A stretch of DNA of 64,000 nucleotides from Sphyrna mokarran (GCA_024679065.1 JAGIQG010000043.1:2108001-2172000), one strand, 5' to 3'; counted from the first letter of the stretch, positions 10,349-23,000 are shown. The notes: generated by a model not told the origin, from the letters alone. Made by a program: numbers and translations.

Positions 10349-11159
10349 CTCGAGAGAAAAGAGAGGGACACAGAGAACTCACCGTGTGTTTCCGGGATTT
10401 ATAGTGTCGTGGAAACATTCTTATTTTTGCAAGGAGAATTCCGAAAGTGCGGCCGGTGCAAATTCGGACGGACGGGGGGCTCAATATTATGATGGCAACC
10501 AAAGCGGAAATGAACTTTCTGTTAATTTCCACCATTCTAAAATGGAATATCGCCTGCAATGCAATTACACCTCTCTATGCTTCTAATTTCTCATAGTGGG
10601 TTTTAAAATTCTATTCTGCATTTTCTACTGTAATTGTGCAAGAAATAGTTAAAAATGTATCAATATCCGAGTTATCTAAATATAGAAGAAGGTGTTCAAT
10701 ACCAAATGTTACCTGTGTAATTCCGCTTTCTGCAAGGATTTGGAACAAATATGTTTCCGGCGGCTCTTCAGCTAATTTACAGAAACACTTTTAGGGTGTG
10801 TTTGTTTGCGTTGGAGATGGTATTAAGGGCAGAATGTGAGCAACTGGTTTGGGATTTCTGCTGCATGAATGTGCAACTGCAAGATTAAATGTGCCCCGAA
10901 ACTTAACAGGATGTACCCTAGTTTTGGACATTCAATTGGACATTGGTAGTTAAACCTGAAATAACATTATCTGAAATCCATATGCCTGTCTGATAACACT
11001 GCTAAGTTGGTTCACTCCTTAAACAAAATGGCTTCCTTGCTGTTTAGCAATACATTACAATACATTACTGTTCTCCGGAGCAGAGTTATTTGGAGAGTGG
11101 CTGGAGAGAATCCTGACTTGCAATTTCTGTCTTGTACTTTATTTTGTAGAGTGTTTATT

Positions 11160-13369
11160 TCGGCGCTCCGTAGCGGGAGGTAGGCGCGGGGGGCTGCAGG
11201 GAAGGAAGCGCGGGAGTATAAAAGGAAGGCCAAGGTAAGACAGCGGGCAGCGTCGGGAGCGGGCAGTGGAGTGAGACGGGAATTAGAGTGAGAACAACAA
11301 GGGCTTAAGCTCATTGGGCTTGGGTGAGCGCAGGCTAGGACGCAGTGAGTAACGTGCTTCTTACCTAATCACCTTTAAAGGGGTATATAAAATGCCACGA
11401 TACTTGGCCAAACGCGTCCGCTGTGTACGCTGCCATATGTGGACCTTCTTGGAGGCATCACGTCTCCCGAAGCCCCACATATGCGCAAAATGTTTAGAAC
11501 TGCAACGTTTACGAGCAAAGTTGAGACAGCTGGAGCTGCGCTTGGAGGACGTTTGTCTAGTGAGGGAAAATGAGGATACAATGAATAGGGAGGGGAGACC
11601 TGCAGGGACCCCAGGATCTAGTAGTAGGGATGGGCTGGGTACAGTTACAAGGAACAAGAACAAAAATCAAGGCACAAAGGCCATCTCTAAGGAGGATCCC
11701 CAGAAAACCAAGGGGGGGGGGGTAAAAGCTGTGATGGAGAGGGCAGGTGAAGGGGAACAGAATGCCACAGAGACCGGCGGGAAAGCAGGAGGTGAGATAG
11801 TGGTGGGGGATGGGATGGTTAAAGGGATCGACAGGAGATTCAGTGGGGAAAAGAGAGACTCCAGGATGGTAGTCTGCCTCCCTGGAGCAGGGGTCCAGGA
11901 TGTATCAGAGAGGGTAGAGGGAATTTTGAAGGGAGAAGGGTCTAAGGCAAATGTAATAGTTTACATAGGACAAAAAGATGTAGGAAGAAAGCGCAGGGGG
12001 TACTTACGTAGACAGTTTAGGGAGTTGGGGGCTCAACTGAAAGGTAGGGCCTCCAGGGTGGCGTTCTCTGGGCTGCTGCCTGTGCCTGGGGCCGATTGGG
12101 TAATAAATGAGACACTCCAACTAAATGCATGGATGAGGGATTGGTGTAGGGCAGAAGGCTTCATATTTATTGATCATTGGGAAGTCTTCAGGAGGGAGGG
12201 TCACCTATTCACGAGGTATAGGGAGCAGTTGACTGGGAGGGGAACACATATTTTAGCTGGGAGGTTAGCTGGAGTGTTTCAGAAATGTTTAAACTAATAG
12301 GGAGGGAGGGTGGGGAGACAGCGGGAACTGGGAGTGGGAGACGCCCAACAGCCCGCGGGCCGTGGAAGAAAGGATATGCAGGGACATTTTAGATAAGTGT
12401 AGGAAAAATAGGGTAGTAGTAGTGAGAGATTTCAATTTTCCTGGAGTAGATTGGAGAGGGCCCAGAGCTGTAGGAGTGGACGGGGAGGAATTTGTACAGT
12501 GTGTTTTGGAAGGGTCCTTGGAGCAGTATGTGGATGGCCCGACTAGAGAGGGGGCTATAATGGATTTGGTTCTGGGGAATGAGCCAGGGCAGGTGGTTGA
12601 CATCGAGGTAGGAGAGCATGTGTCAAATAGTGATCACAACTCTATCTGCTTTAGGATATTAATGGAAAAGGACGAGACCGGCCCAAAAGGGAAGGTATTT
12701 AACTGGGGGAGGGCTAGATACAGCCAGATTAGGCGAGATCTTAAAGATACCGACTGGGATAAGCTTTTTGAGGGTAGGTCGACGAGGTACATGTGGGAGT
12801 CTTTCAAGGGAAAACTAAATTCTCTGCAGGAAAGATACGTGCCGGCAAGGAGGAAGGATGGGAAAGGTAGGATTAGAGAACCGTGGCTTACCAGGGAGAT
12901 TGAGGACTTGATCAGGAAGAAGCGAGAGGCTTACATTAGATCTGGGCAACTGGGGACTGAGACAGCGCTGGAAGAATATAGAGAGTGTAGACGGGATCTT
13001 AAAAGGGGTGTTAGAAAGGCAAAAAGGGGCCACGAAGTGGCTCTGGCAGGTCAGATTAAGGAAAATCCTAAGGCATTTTACTCCTATGTAAGGAGCAAAA
13101 GGATGGTTAGAGGCAAGATTGGACCTCTCAGGGACAGAGGAGGGGATCTATGCTTAGAGCCTGAGGGAATGGGGGAGATCCTGAATGAATACTTTGCATC
13201 GGTATTCACGCGGGAGAGGGGCCAGATGTCTGTTGCTGATGTTGACAAAGTTGAGGATCGGTTGAGGGAAATAAAGATTACGAGGAAAGAGGTGTTCGGG
13301 TTGTTAGGCAGCTTAAAGACATATAAAGCTCCGGGGCCTGATGGCATTTACCTCAGGCTGCTAAGGGAG
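11160..13369 (+). mobile_element. CR1 LINE 5' part: 5'UTR, intact ORF1, ORF2 with N-terminal endonuclease deletion; ends at the gap
   Basis: ORF1 11392-12297 (CxxC...HxCxxC finger, coiled coil, SGNH-esterase-like VVGDGMVKGID/VCLPGAGV). ORF2 piece with DFNFP, PTREGAIMDLVL, SDHN, KENPKAFYSY and KAPGPDGI. Confidence 0.93.
11392..12297 (+). CDS. CR1 ORF1 protein (zinc finger, coiled coil, esterase-like domain)
   Basis: 301-aa open frame with motifs typical of vertebrate CR1 ORF1p. Confidence 0.8.
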   Translation: MPRYLAKRVRCVRCHMWTFLEASRLPKPHICAKCLELQRLRAKLRQLELRLEDVCLVRENEDTMNREGRPAGTPGSSSRDGLGTVTRNKNKNQGTKAISKEDPQKTKGGGVKAVMERAGEGEQNATETGGKAGGEIVVGDGMVKGIDRRFSGEKRDSRMVVCLPGAGVQDVSERVEGILKGEGSKANVIVYIGQKDVGRKRRGYLRRQFRELGAQLKGRASRVAFSGLLPVPGADWVINETLQLNAWMRDWCRAEGFIFIDHWEVFRREGHLFTRYREQLTGRGTHILAGRLAGVFQKCLN

Positions 13370-13469
13370 NNNNNNNNNNNNNNNNNNNNNNNNNNNNNNN
13401 NNNNNNNNNNNNNNNNNNNNNNNNNNNNNNNNNNNNNNNNNNNNNNNNNNNNNNNNNNNNNNNNNNNNN
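13370..13469. other. Assembly gap (100 N, probably of unknown size)
   Basis: Run of exactly 100 N. Confidence 0.99.
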
Positions 13470-15237
13470 TAAGGCAAGATTAGGGCCAGTCATAGACAGC
13501 AGTGGGAAGTTGTGCGTGGAGCCTGAAGAGATTGGTGAGGCACTGAATAAATATTTCTCTTCGGTATTCACGCAGAATGCTGGAAATGTAGCTATGGAGA
13601 ACACTGAGGTACAGGGTTGCAAATTGGGAAGTATTGTAGTAGATAGGGAGGATGTGCTAGAAATTCTCGAGGGTTTGAAGTTGGATAAATCCCCTGGGCC
13701 GGACGGGATTTACCCTAGGATTCTCTGGGAGGCAAGAGAGGAGATTGCAGAGCATCTGGCTCTGATCTTCAGGTCGTCGTTGGTTACGGGTGTGGTTCCG
13801 GAGGACTGGAGGATAGCGAATGTGGTCCCGTTGTTCAAGAAGGGGAAGAGAGACCTTCCAGGGAATTATAGGCCAGTGAGTCTTACTTCTGTTGTGGGCA
13901 AAGTATTGGAGAGAATTATTAGGGATATGATTTATAGTTATTTAGAGAGAAATGAATTGATTGGGGATAGTCAGCATGGTTTCGTGAAGGGTAGGTCATG
14001 CCTTACTAACCTCATTGAGTTTTTGAGAAAGTGACCAGAGAGGTGGATGGGGGTAAGGCGGTTGATGTAGTATATATTGACTTTAGTAAGGCTTTTGATA
14101 AGGTGGCCCATGGAAGACTTCTACAGAAAATGCAGATGTGTGGAATAGAGGGTGATTTAGCTAATGGGATTAGAAATTGGCTGGCAGATAGAAGACAGAG
14201 GGTGGTGGTTGATGGGAGATATTCATCGTGGAGTTCGGTGACGAGTGGTGTGCCTAGGGGGTCTGTTTTGGGGCCCCTGCTGTTTGTAATTTTTATAAAT
14301 GATCTGGATGAGGGTATTGAGGGATGGATCAGTAAATTTGCCGATGATACTAAAGTTGGTGGAGTGGTAGATAGTGAAGAGGGGTGTTTTAGTTTACAGA
14401 GTGACTTGGACAAGTTGCAGAGCTGGGCCGAGAGGTGGCAAATGGAGTTTAATGTGAAAAAGTGTGAGGTAATGCACTTTGGCAGGAACAATAAATGTGT
14501 AGAGTATAGGGCTAATGGTAGGGCTCTTAATAGTGTTGAGGAACAGAAGGATCTTGGTGTATGTGTCAATAGATCCCTGAAAGTAGGCAGTCAAGTGGAT
14601 TAAGTTGTTAAGAAGGCATATGGAGTCTTAGCTTTTATTGGTAGGGGGATTGAATTTAGGAGCCGCAGCATCATGTTGCAGCTGTACAAAACTCTAGTGC
14701 GGCCGCACTTGGAGTATTGTGTGCAGTTCTGGTCGCAACATTATAAGAAAGATGTGGAGGCATTGGAGAGGGTACAGAGGAGGTTTACCAGGATGTTGCC
14801 TGGTATGGAGGGCATGTCCTATGAAGAGAGGTTGAAGGATTTGAGGTTGTTTTCGTTAGAAAGGAGGCGGCTAAGAGGGGATCTTATTGAAGCATATAAG
14901 ATGATTAGAGGTTTAGATAGGGTGGACAGTGATAGCCTTTTTCCTAGGATGGAGAAAGTAGCACGAGGGGACACAGCTTTAAATTAAGGGGTATGAGTTA
15001 TAGGACGGATATCAGAGGTAGGTTCTTTACTCAAAGAGTGATTAGGGAGTGGAATGCCCTGCCTGCAGCTGTTGTAGATGCGCCAAGTTTGGTGGCGTTA
15101 AAGAGGTTAGTTGATAAGTATATGGATGAGAAGGGAATGGTTTAGTTAGGAGGGGCATTGCTTTTTATTTTGGTCGGCACAACATCGAAGGCCGAAGGGC
15201 CTGTTCTGTGCTGTATTGTTCTATGTTCTATGTTCTA
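13470..15237 (+). mobile_element. CR1 LINE 3' part (reverse transcriptase, disrupted); a different subfamily from the copy left of the gap
   Basis: NYRPVSLTS, QHGF..GRSCLTNL, YIDFSKAFDKV, SGVPRGSVLGP and KFADD. Frameshift at ~14025, stop at 14601, (TATGTTC)n tail. Confidence 0.93.
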
Positions 15238-15612
15238 TAACTACATACACACACAAGTTCCGATATTTATCTACATTCACACGTTCAGATATATAATCAT
15301 ATGCACAGATGTTCAGGTATGTATTAATACACACACGTCTAAGTCTGAGATATCCACGAACAGACTCAAAAACTGCTTCTTTCTTGCTGCCTTCGGGCTT
15401 TTGAATGCACCTATCTTGCAATAAGCTAATCTTTCTCTAAACGTTAACTGTGTGTAAAACAACATACTGTACTCTCTCCTTTCATTCACCCCGTGAACTG
15501 TATGAACGTCATGCTTTGTCAAAATAGCATACAAGAAATTATACATTTCACTGTATACTAATGCATGAAAAATAATGCTTCAAATGAAATCAAATGCACA
15601 TATGCTCAGGGA

Positions 15613-15792
15613 NNNNNNNNNNNNNNNNNNNNNNNNNNNNNNNNNNNNNNNNNNNNNNNNNNNNNNNNNNNNNNNNNNNNNNNNNNNNNNNNNNNNNNNN
15701 NNNNNNNNNNNNNNNNNNNNNNNNNNNNNNNNNNNNNNNNNNNNNNNNNNNNNNNNNNNNNNNNNNNNNNNNNNNNNNNNNNNNNNNNNNNN
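15613..15792. other. Assembly gap (180 N) next to a (CA)n tract
   Basis: N run; (CA)n at 15797-15850. Confidence 0.99.
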
Positions 15793-15805
15793 ATTTACAC
15801 ATACA

Positions 15806-15849
<44 letters not shown>

Positions 15850-15936
15850 TATGCCAAGATGGCCTAGTTCTACTAAACTAATCCAATTATCACTAAAGTT
15901 GAATAGAAACCTTCATAATACAGAGTAGCATCTCAC

Positions 15937-16266
15937 CTTTCCATTTTTCAGTTGCCTTAGGATACGAAACACTTTTTGTCCAATATTTCCTCGGAGTCCC
16001 CAGTTGAACAATACAATTACAGATAGCGCCGCTTCTCCACGTTACCCCCGACACCATGATGTGACTCCTGACACTGTAGGTCCCGTCCTCCTCCATTGTC
16101 CCTGGATCAGTCGATCCTTCAGCGACTAAACCGGAAATATTCCAGAAAACAGCAATCTGGTTGGAAGAAATTCCATTGACCAAACACACCAAGGGGACGG
16201 TATCATTCACATTCAGCTCAGCCGGCGGGATAAATACCTGCACTGCCGTCTTGTTGGTAGAACTGT
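15937..16266 (-). CDS. Gene C exon 3: C1-set domain
   Basis: AVQVFIPP...VPLVCLVNGISS...VFWNISG...DGTYSVRSHIMV...W...CNCIV; donor G|GTGAGA. Confidence 0.9.
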
Positions 16267-17333
16267 CTAGACAGAAATTGGGACATAGTTAACGATTTAT
16301 TTACACCAAATGTTACTGCTGTGCACAATCTAAATTCATTTCACTTGCTCTCTTACCTCCAACTTGTAGTGTGGGTCCATTCTGGAGCGGTGCATTGCTA
16401 TCCTTATCAGCACAGTAGTAGGAACCCGAGTCATTCGCCTGGACATTGCGAATTTCCAGGATCAATTCACGTTTGTCGTGGCCTTTTTTAGAAATAAACT
16501 TACAATCAGCCTCCTGACAGGCTGGGATATCGATTACTTTCGGGATTTCACCAACATTTTGTTTGTACCAGAAATAGCTGGCCACGACTTCCACCTCGAA
16601 TTCCAGTTGACAGGTTAAATCCACCGTCTGGCCGACTTCGGCTGTCACTGTGAAGAGCCTTTGAGGTAGAGAGGAGTCGGAATCTGTAACTAGAGAGATT
16701 ATTCAAACATTACCACATATTTCAACATAGAAAGTAGCCTTTTGGAAAAAAAACGCTGTAAATTAAGAACAGTTTCATTATTATCTTCAATTATACTTCT
16801 GCAGATTATTTCCCAAGTTGTGTTTTCTTCGCTTGAAAGGAGGAAGCTGAAAATCCCTTGTACCGATAATTAAGTCGTATTTGTAGTGCTGTAGCCGGGC
16901 GGCATGTGTTTGGCACCTTTGGCTCACGGCGCTGGGGACCAGGATTCAATTCCTGGCCTGGGTCACTGCCTGTGCACGTTCTCCCCGTGCCTGCATGGGA
17001 GTTTCCTCCCACTCACCGAAAGCTGTGCTGGTTCGGTGCATTGGCCGTGCTAAATTCTGCCTCTGTGTAACCGTACTGGCGCAGGTGTGTGGCGACTGGG
17101 GTCTTTTCATAGTAACTTCATTGCAGAGTCGATGCAAAAGTGAAGATTACTAGTCACAAGTGAGGCTTACACTAACATTGGAATGTGAAATTCCCCTGGA
17201 AGCCGACTTGTGGCACTAATGCTTAAGAAACTAACTTGGCTGCTGCCATTTTCAATGTCTCACCTGGCAAATACTCACCATGAGACCACAACGCATGGAG
17301 AATGAGTATCAGGGATAAAGATTGCTGGGGCAT
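15937..17333 (-). CDS. Gene C: divergent leader-V-C1 IgSF gene of the same family (3' exons not visible)
   Basis: Exons 17333-17279 (leader), 16689-16357 (V) and 16266-15937 (C1), all phase-1 GT-AG and open. C1 is clearly homologous to A/B (VPLxCLVxGxS, WNxSG, GxTDxGTxExDGTYxVRS, TWRxGAxCxC). Confidence 0.85.
16357..16689 (-). CDS. Gene C exon 2: V-set domain with degenerate J-like G strand
   Basis: GQTVDLTC...YFWYKQ...LILEIRNVQANDSGSYYC-ADKDSNAP-LQNGPTLQVG. ctctag acceptor, G|GTAAGA donor. Confidence 0.9.
17279..17333 (-). CDS. Gene C exon 1: signal peptide MPQQSLSLILILHALWSH
   Basis: ATG, hydrophobic core, strong phase-1 donor G|GTGAGT. Confidence 0.82.
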
Positions 17334-17929
17334 TTTGCACAGATGAGCAATATCTCCCTGTTTCCACTCACACCAGTTTGTTTTTGCTGAGAGGTCCGAG
17401 GACTGACCTGGTCTCAGACCTAGTTAATTGTTGCACTTTATGATTGGGTGGAAACTGTGACAAGAGACAATGGAAAGTGTGACATAGTACTGATGATGTT
17501 GCGCTGCTGAATGCATTTGACGCACTGTGATCGCCGCCTACGTGTCACAGGATCAAGTGATAGAACATTCACGCAGAGCTTGACTGGTTTGACATACCGA
17601 GAGGACCACAAGCTAATCATTGTGCTGATATGTGCAGAATATGTAAGTTACAGGTTAATTTATTCTCAGGATATACAATACGGCGGCTTAGTTGAGAAGG
17701 GTGAGGGCGTTGATCTCACTGAAACTTACAGAACACTGCAACGCCTTGTAAAGTGGACATGGAGAAGATCTTCAGAATATAATAGAATAGAAGCACTACA
17801 GTCCAGAAGGAGGCCATTTTAGCCGTTCGAGGTTGCACTGACAATGACACCAGCCAGGCAATATATCCGTAACGTATCTTACACTCTTAGCCCCCCTCCC
17901 CCCTCCACCTCTCCCCTTCACTCCCCCCA

Positions 17930-18122
17930 CCCCGACACTAAGGGACAATTTAGCATGGCTAATCCAACAAACTTTGGATTGTTGGAGGAAACTGGAGCAA
18001 CGACAGAAATCCCATGCAGACACTGCGAGAATGTGCAAACTCAACACAGTCACCCAAGACCGGAATTGAATCCGAGTCCCTAAGTGCAGTGAAGTAGCCG
18101 TGCTAAAAGCTGTGCCACCATC
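17930..18122 (-). mobile_element. HE1-like SINE
   Basis: Reverse complement starts GGTGGCACAG...TAGCACGGCTACTTCAC...GGGACTCGGATTCAATTCCGG. Confidence 0.7.
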
Positions 18123-19776
18123 CATTAGTTGGAGAGACTCGGCTCTGAGTGCACAGACTCAGAGTAAAGGGTTGACCCTTTCGCACGGAGAAGAGATTCC
18201 CTCAGCCAGAGAGACGTTAATCTGTGGAATTCATTGCCACAAAAGGCCGTGAAGGCCAAGTCATTGAGCGTATTTAAAACAGTGATAAGTAGGCTTTGGA
18301 CAAGAGATAGATTGGCAAGTGGTTCAAAAGTGTAGAGGAAAAGGCGGGAGAGTGGGGTTGAGAAACATATCAGCCATGACCGAATGGCAGAGCAGACCCG
18401 ATGGGCAGAATGACGTAATTAAGTTCTTTTATCTTATGGACTTATTGCTCGGCAATATGTATTAACCAGCTATATCATCCGATTGAGTTGTCCTTGTAAA
18501 ATATTATAGTATAGAATTATATATTATAGAAGTGTAAAACACTTCGATGTTGTGCTGGACATGACAGGAGTTAAAGTAATCCCTTTTGTCTTACCTTCGT
18601 CCATATCCTCTGTTTCTTGAATATTCATACCATTATCTAAAAGCCCCTTAAACGCCACTTTCAGACCTACCTCCAACACCACCCCAGACAGCGCGTTCTG
18701 GACAACTATTACTCGCCGTGTAAACAATTTACTCCTCGCACCTCCTTTGAACTTTCCCTCTCTCACCTTAAGTATTTGACATCTCAAATCTGAGAAAAAT
18801 TATTTTGAGTGCCAACTCTATTCATGACTATTATAATTTTTATAGACGTCTATCAGGTCTCCCCTCAGTCTTCAATGCCCCATTGAAAACAGCTTCTGCA
18901 TCTTCTGTGTGGTTCTCCTTGTGCTACATCAACAGTGCTAAATAGGAGCGAGGACCATCAATTTGACCACGCCGCAGTGAAGTAACGGCAATAGGTTTCA
19001 AATATATTGCGTCTGATTGGGAGGGGAGTTGATGGCGATGGTGTACACCATCTCTTTGTCCTTCTCTTTGTCCTTCAGGGCCAAGAAGGTTTGGATTTGC
19101 AAAGTGAATGACAGGAATATAAATTGAATGTACAAGTATATACGATGATCCATTCTGAAAAAAGGCTTTGTTTTTACAGTTATTGTTATAGAAACATCGG
19201 CAATATAAGCAAGAAGTGGCCATTTGGCATTTTGAACCTGTTCGGCCGTTCATTTTGGTCAAGGCTGATCATCAAATTCAATGTCCCGAATTCCCCCTTT
19301 CCCCTCATATTCCTCTTTTGACCTAAAAGCTATTTCTTCTAATTCCTCGAACTCCATTTTGAAATCACAAAAGTTTTTGGCCTCAACAACAGTCTGTGGT
19401 AGTGAGTTTCACTACCTGGGTGAAGACATCCCTCTCCATCTCAGTTCTAAAAAGTTTACCTGATGGAACTTTCTATGTTACAACGAGACCCCCTCTTACT
19501 CTCCTAAACTCTGAAGAATTCAATCCAAACCGACTTAGTCTCTCCCCACTTGACAGACCTGTTATCTCAGGAATCAACCTGGTCCACCTTCGCTGTTCTT
19601 CCTGTAAAGCAAGGACATGCTTCCCTCAAATAAGGCAACCAGAATTGTACACAACACTCTAGATTTTTTTTTAAATCACATAATGTTTTGGTCTCAGCTC
19701 CTTTATGTGATAGTGAGTTCTACACATTCAACACTCTTTGGGTGAGGAAATTTCTCCTCACTTCAGTCCAAAAACT

Positions 19777-20075
19777 GGGGCGGTACGGTGGCATAGTGAT
19801 TAGCACTGATGCTTCACAGCATCAGGGACCTGTGTTTGATTCTCGGTTTTCCTCACTGTCTTTATGGAATGTACACGTTCTCCCTTTGTCTGCGAGGGTT
19901 TCCTCCGGATGCTCTAATTTCCTCTCACATACTCAAAGACATACTAATTCGGTGCATCGACCTGAACAGGCGCCCGGCTGTGGTGGTAGTGGGGTGGGGG
20001 AGGGAGGGATTTCAAATTTCACAGCAAGTTGTTTGCAGTGTTAATATAAGCTTTACTACTAAGACTAATAAATTA
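19777..20075 (+). mobile_element. tRNA-derived SINE
   Basis: GGGCGGTACGGTGGCATAGTGATTAGCACTGATGCTTCACAGC..GGGACC...TTTGATTC head with A/B-box-like elements. Confidence 0.7.
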
Positions 20076-23000
20076 ACTTTAAACTTGAATAGGTTTACCA
20101 ATATCTTCAGAAATGATCTGTCGGTAATGACATAACCTGCTTGCACAGAAACTGTAAAATACTGGATGGGCTGTGGGTGGATTCAATTGAAATAACTGCA
20201 CAGTTGCAGCCCAAGTTATTTCGATGCTCCTTGTACGTCGAGAATATGCTGCCCGCTATTTGGCACAATACTTTTTTGTGAGTAAGTCTGGATATCTTTG
20301 ACTTGTCTTCCAAGCTGGGCCTTGAAGAAACACATGGACTTAGTCGCGCATTCATGAGGACATCGTACATACTTGGCCTTTGTTCATTTTATCAAAGCTG
20401 GTGGCAGGCAGTCTGCTGCTTCCAGTTTCAAGCTGAGAGGCAAGATGTGTCATCCCCAGGCAGCTCTCTGCGTGCACCGTCTCAATTGTAAAAACAAGCC
20501 AACCACTGAGAGTTTCTGGCTCGAATAATTTTCCATCAGTGGTTTAAAGTGGATAGAATCTTGGCTAGTGATTTGCGCCCCTCGATATCCTCTGCACACC
20601 GCAGAACATGCGAGCCGTCCTTGTGTGGGTGGAAGCAAGGAGCCGTGGACAGAGACAACGCGCATCTTTGCTGCCACACCAAACCGTCCGTTACAGGGGC
20701 GACTGGCTCGCTTCATTTTCATTCTATTTTATGCACTTATGCAGGACAGTTCAGACACAGTTCCCAGAGGTCAGAAGCCAATCTACAAATTCATTCTACA
20801 AATCTCTTCATTTTAAAGGAGAAGCGATGGCCGAGTAGCATTATCGCTGGACTATTAATCCAAACACTCAACTGCTGTTCTGGTGACCCTGGTTCTATTC
20901 CCGCCACGATAGCTGGAGGTATATTCATTCAATAGAAGGTATCTGGAATTCAAAATCTACTATGACCATGAAACCATTGTCTATTATCAGGTAATACCCC
21001 CAAATTTCCTTAATACCCTTTAACGAAGGAAATCTGCTCCCCTTATCAGTTCTGGCCTATATGTGACTCCAGACACATAGCAATGTTGTTGAGTCTCAAC
21101 TGCCCTCGAGCAGCTAGGGATAGGCAACAATTTCTGGACAGCGAGCGATGCCCAAGTCCCATGAATATGTGATTCTTTTGAGGCAACGCGCGTTCCCCAT
21201 CATTGTACTGAATATTATATGTGACAGGGGTTCCTGAGGGGTATTAGAGAAAATACAAATTTCACTGAATTCACTGCAGAACTAGGTCATATTTCTAATG
21301 AGAGAATCCAATAAGCATCAACATTTGCCCCATTAACAGGTCCAAGTGTTTTGCCTGTTAGAATGATGCATAATAGCCCTTTGCAATAGCTGCCACATTG
21401 ATCGGGATTCTATTCTTTATTCTCATTCGGATTTGAAGTCTTAAGACAGCTGATAAGGCTGATGTTTAGAAGGCACATTGTAAAATTAAAATTTGTATTG
21501 GTTTGAAACACCACTTGTAATTCATTTGCTTCTCCCCTCCCTCCACCGGAAATCTGAGTGAACACACCGGCCAAGGAAAAGTGAGCGAATGATCCATTTC
21601 ATAATGTTGATTAGTAACTTCGTTACTCTTTTGGTCGAGAACTTCAACTTTCTTGTGTCCAGATCACCAGCAATCTGTCCTGGTCCCTTCATGCCGAAGA
21701 TATGGTTAGGGAAGCCCACCAACCGCTCTACTTTCTCAGATGGCTAAAGAAATTCGACATTTCTGCGCGGCCTCTCACCAACTTTTACAGATGCATCATA
21801 AAAAGAAACATCCTTTCCGGATTTCACACAGGTTGGTACGGCTGCAGCTCTGACCAACACTGCAAAAACTACAAATGGTTGTGAATGAGGCCAACTGCAT
21901 TTTACTGTTGTCAGATAATTTAATCAAATCTGATGAACTCATTTAACTGTCATATTGGCACTTCCTGGAATATTCTGGGGTGCATCATCCACTGGCCACT
22001 TCTAATTGAAGTTTGTTACAGCAGTTTCATCCTTGCATTATTCACTGATGTGCTGGGTTCCCCGTCATTGAGCTTAGATATATGATTGGAACTTCCTAAC
22101 CCATTAAGTATCGCAGTTAATACCTCCATTCCCTACTGAATGGAGGAGGACAGCAGTTGACAGTGATTTGCTTTAGTTCTGTCTATCGCATGCTGCGTTC
22201 GCTGTTTGGAACGCAAGACTTCGTGTGCTGCACTTTAACGACGTTACATTCTATTTTTAAGGTTCTCCCCCGGTCAGTACATCCTTCAAGTGAATTTCAA
22301 GATGGAGGAATATTGATGCATGAGCTGAGGCGGACAGTATGAGGCAAATAGCAGAACGTTTTCTTGTCCATGGATGTGCTGTTGGCAAGTGACGTGCTCC
22401 AGAGACGTTGGGAACTCAGTGCATAAATCTGCGATTCTATCTCTGTTCAGCCTTTGTAGTACTGCAGCGCCACCTCAGGGATGGCGTTGGTAATGTCTAA
22501 GATTTCCTCCACCTGACCTGATTTCCTGAGTATGCTGATTTCCTGAGCATGCCGATTTACAGCTTTTTGTTTTGCTATTTCGGGGGTAGGGGGTCAGCCG
22601 AGGTGGCTGGGGGAGGGGTAGTAGGGAGGGGTCGGGAAAGATATAGGTACGGAATGCATTTCCTCTAAACTTAGAAGAGAACCCTCCCCATCCCTCAGAT
22701 GTTATTAGGGTGTGCTTTGAAGGGTCAACTTTGCATTTTTTTCTGCTGTTGTTTTCGATGTCTCTATGAATGTGGGGCGATGTTTCCTGATCTATTCTTA
22801 TTGCACCATTTTTATACAATGGGGTGACATAAAAACTATCTCAAAGGCCCGGAATCATAAGTGGCCAATGTAAGACTGGCCGCAGAGTGACCATTTCATA
22901 CCCTAAATGTTTCTTTATGACGACCGATCACGGTTTCGGAGTCTGTATAACTGGGAGATGTTTTTGGACTGTAACTACAATTACTTCCGTTATCAACTGA

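Larger units (their letters stand above)
1..11070 (+). repeat. Left arm of an ~11 kb inverted segmental duplication (contains gene A); probably extends left of the window
   Basis: Collinear reverse-complement similarity to ~39720-50996 through unique, intronic and TE sequence (e.g. 1-110 vs ~50890-50996; 10990-11070 vs ~39720-39800). Confidence 0.92.

Noticed and set aside
10434-10586. Alternative terminal exon ENSES...CNYTSLCF* (paralog 40203-40355)
   Set aside because: The frame is open in both arms, but the acceptor is weaker (tgcaag), changes are mostly non-synonymous, and the YxxL tyrosine is F in B. The upstream TLYARL exon fits better, so this is probably 3'UTR, though a minor isoform is not excluded.
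17523-17529. CACTGTG/CACAGTG heptamers (here and elsewhere) as recombination signal sequences
   Set aside because: No nonamer at 12/23 spacing was seen, and none flanks a V or J coding end. V and J are already fused.
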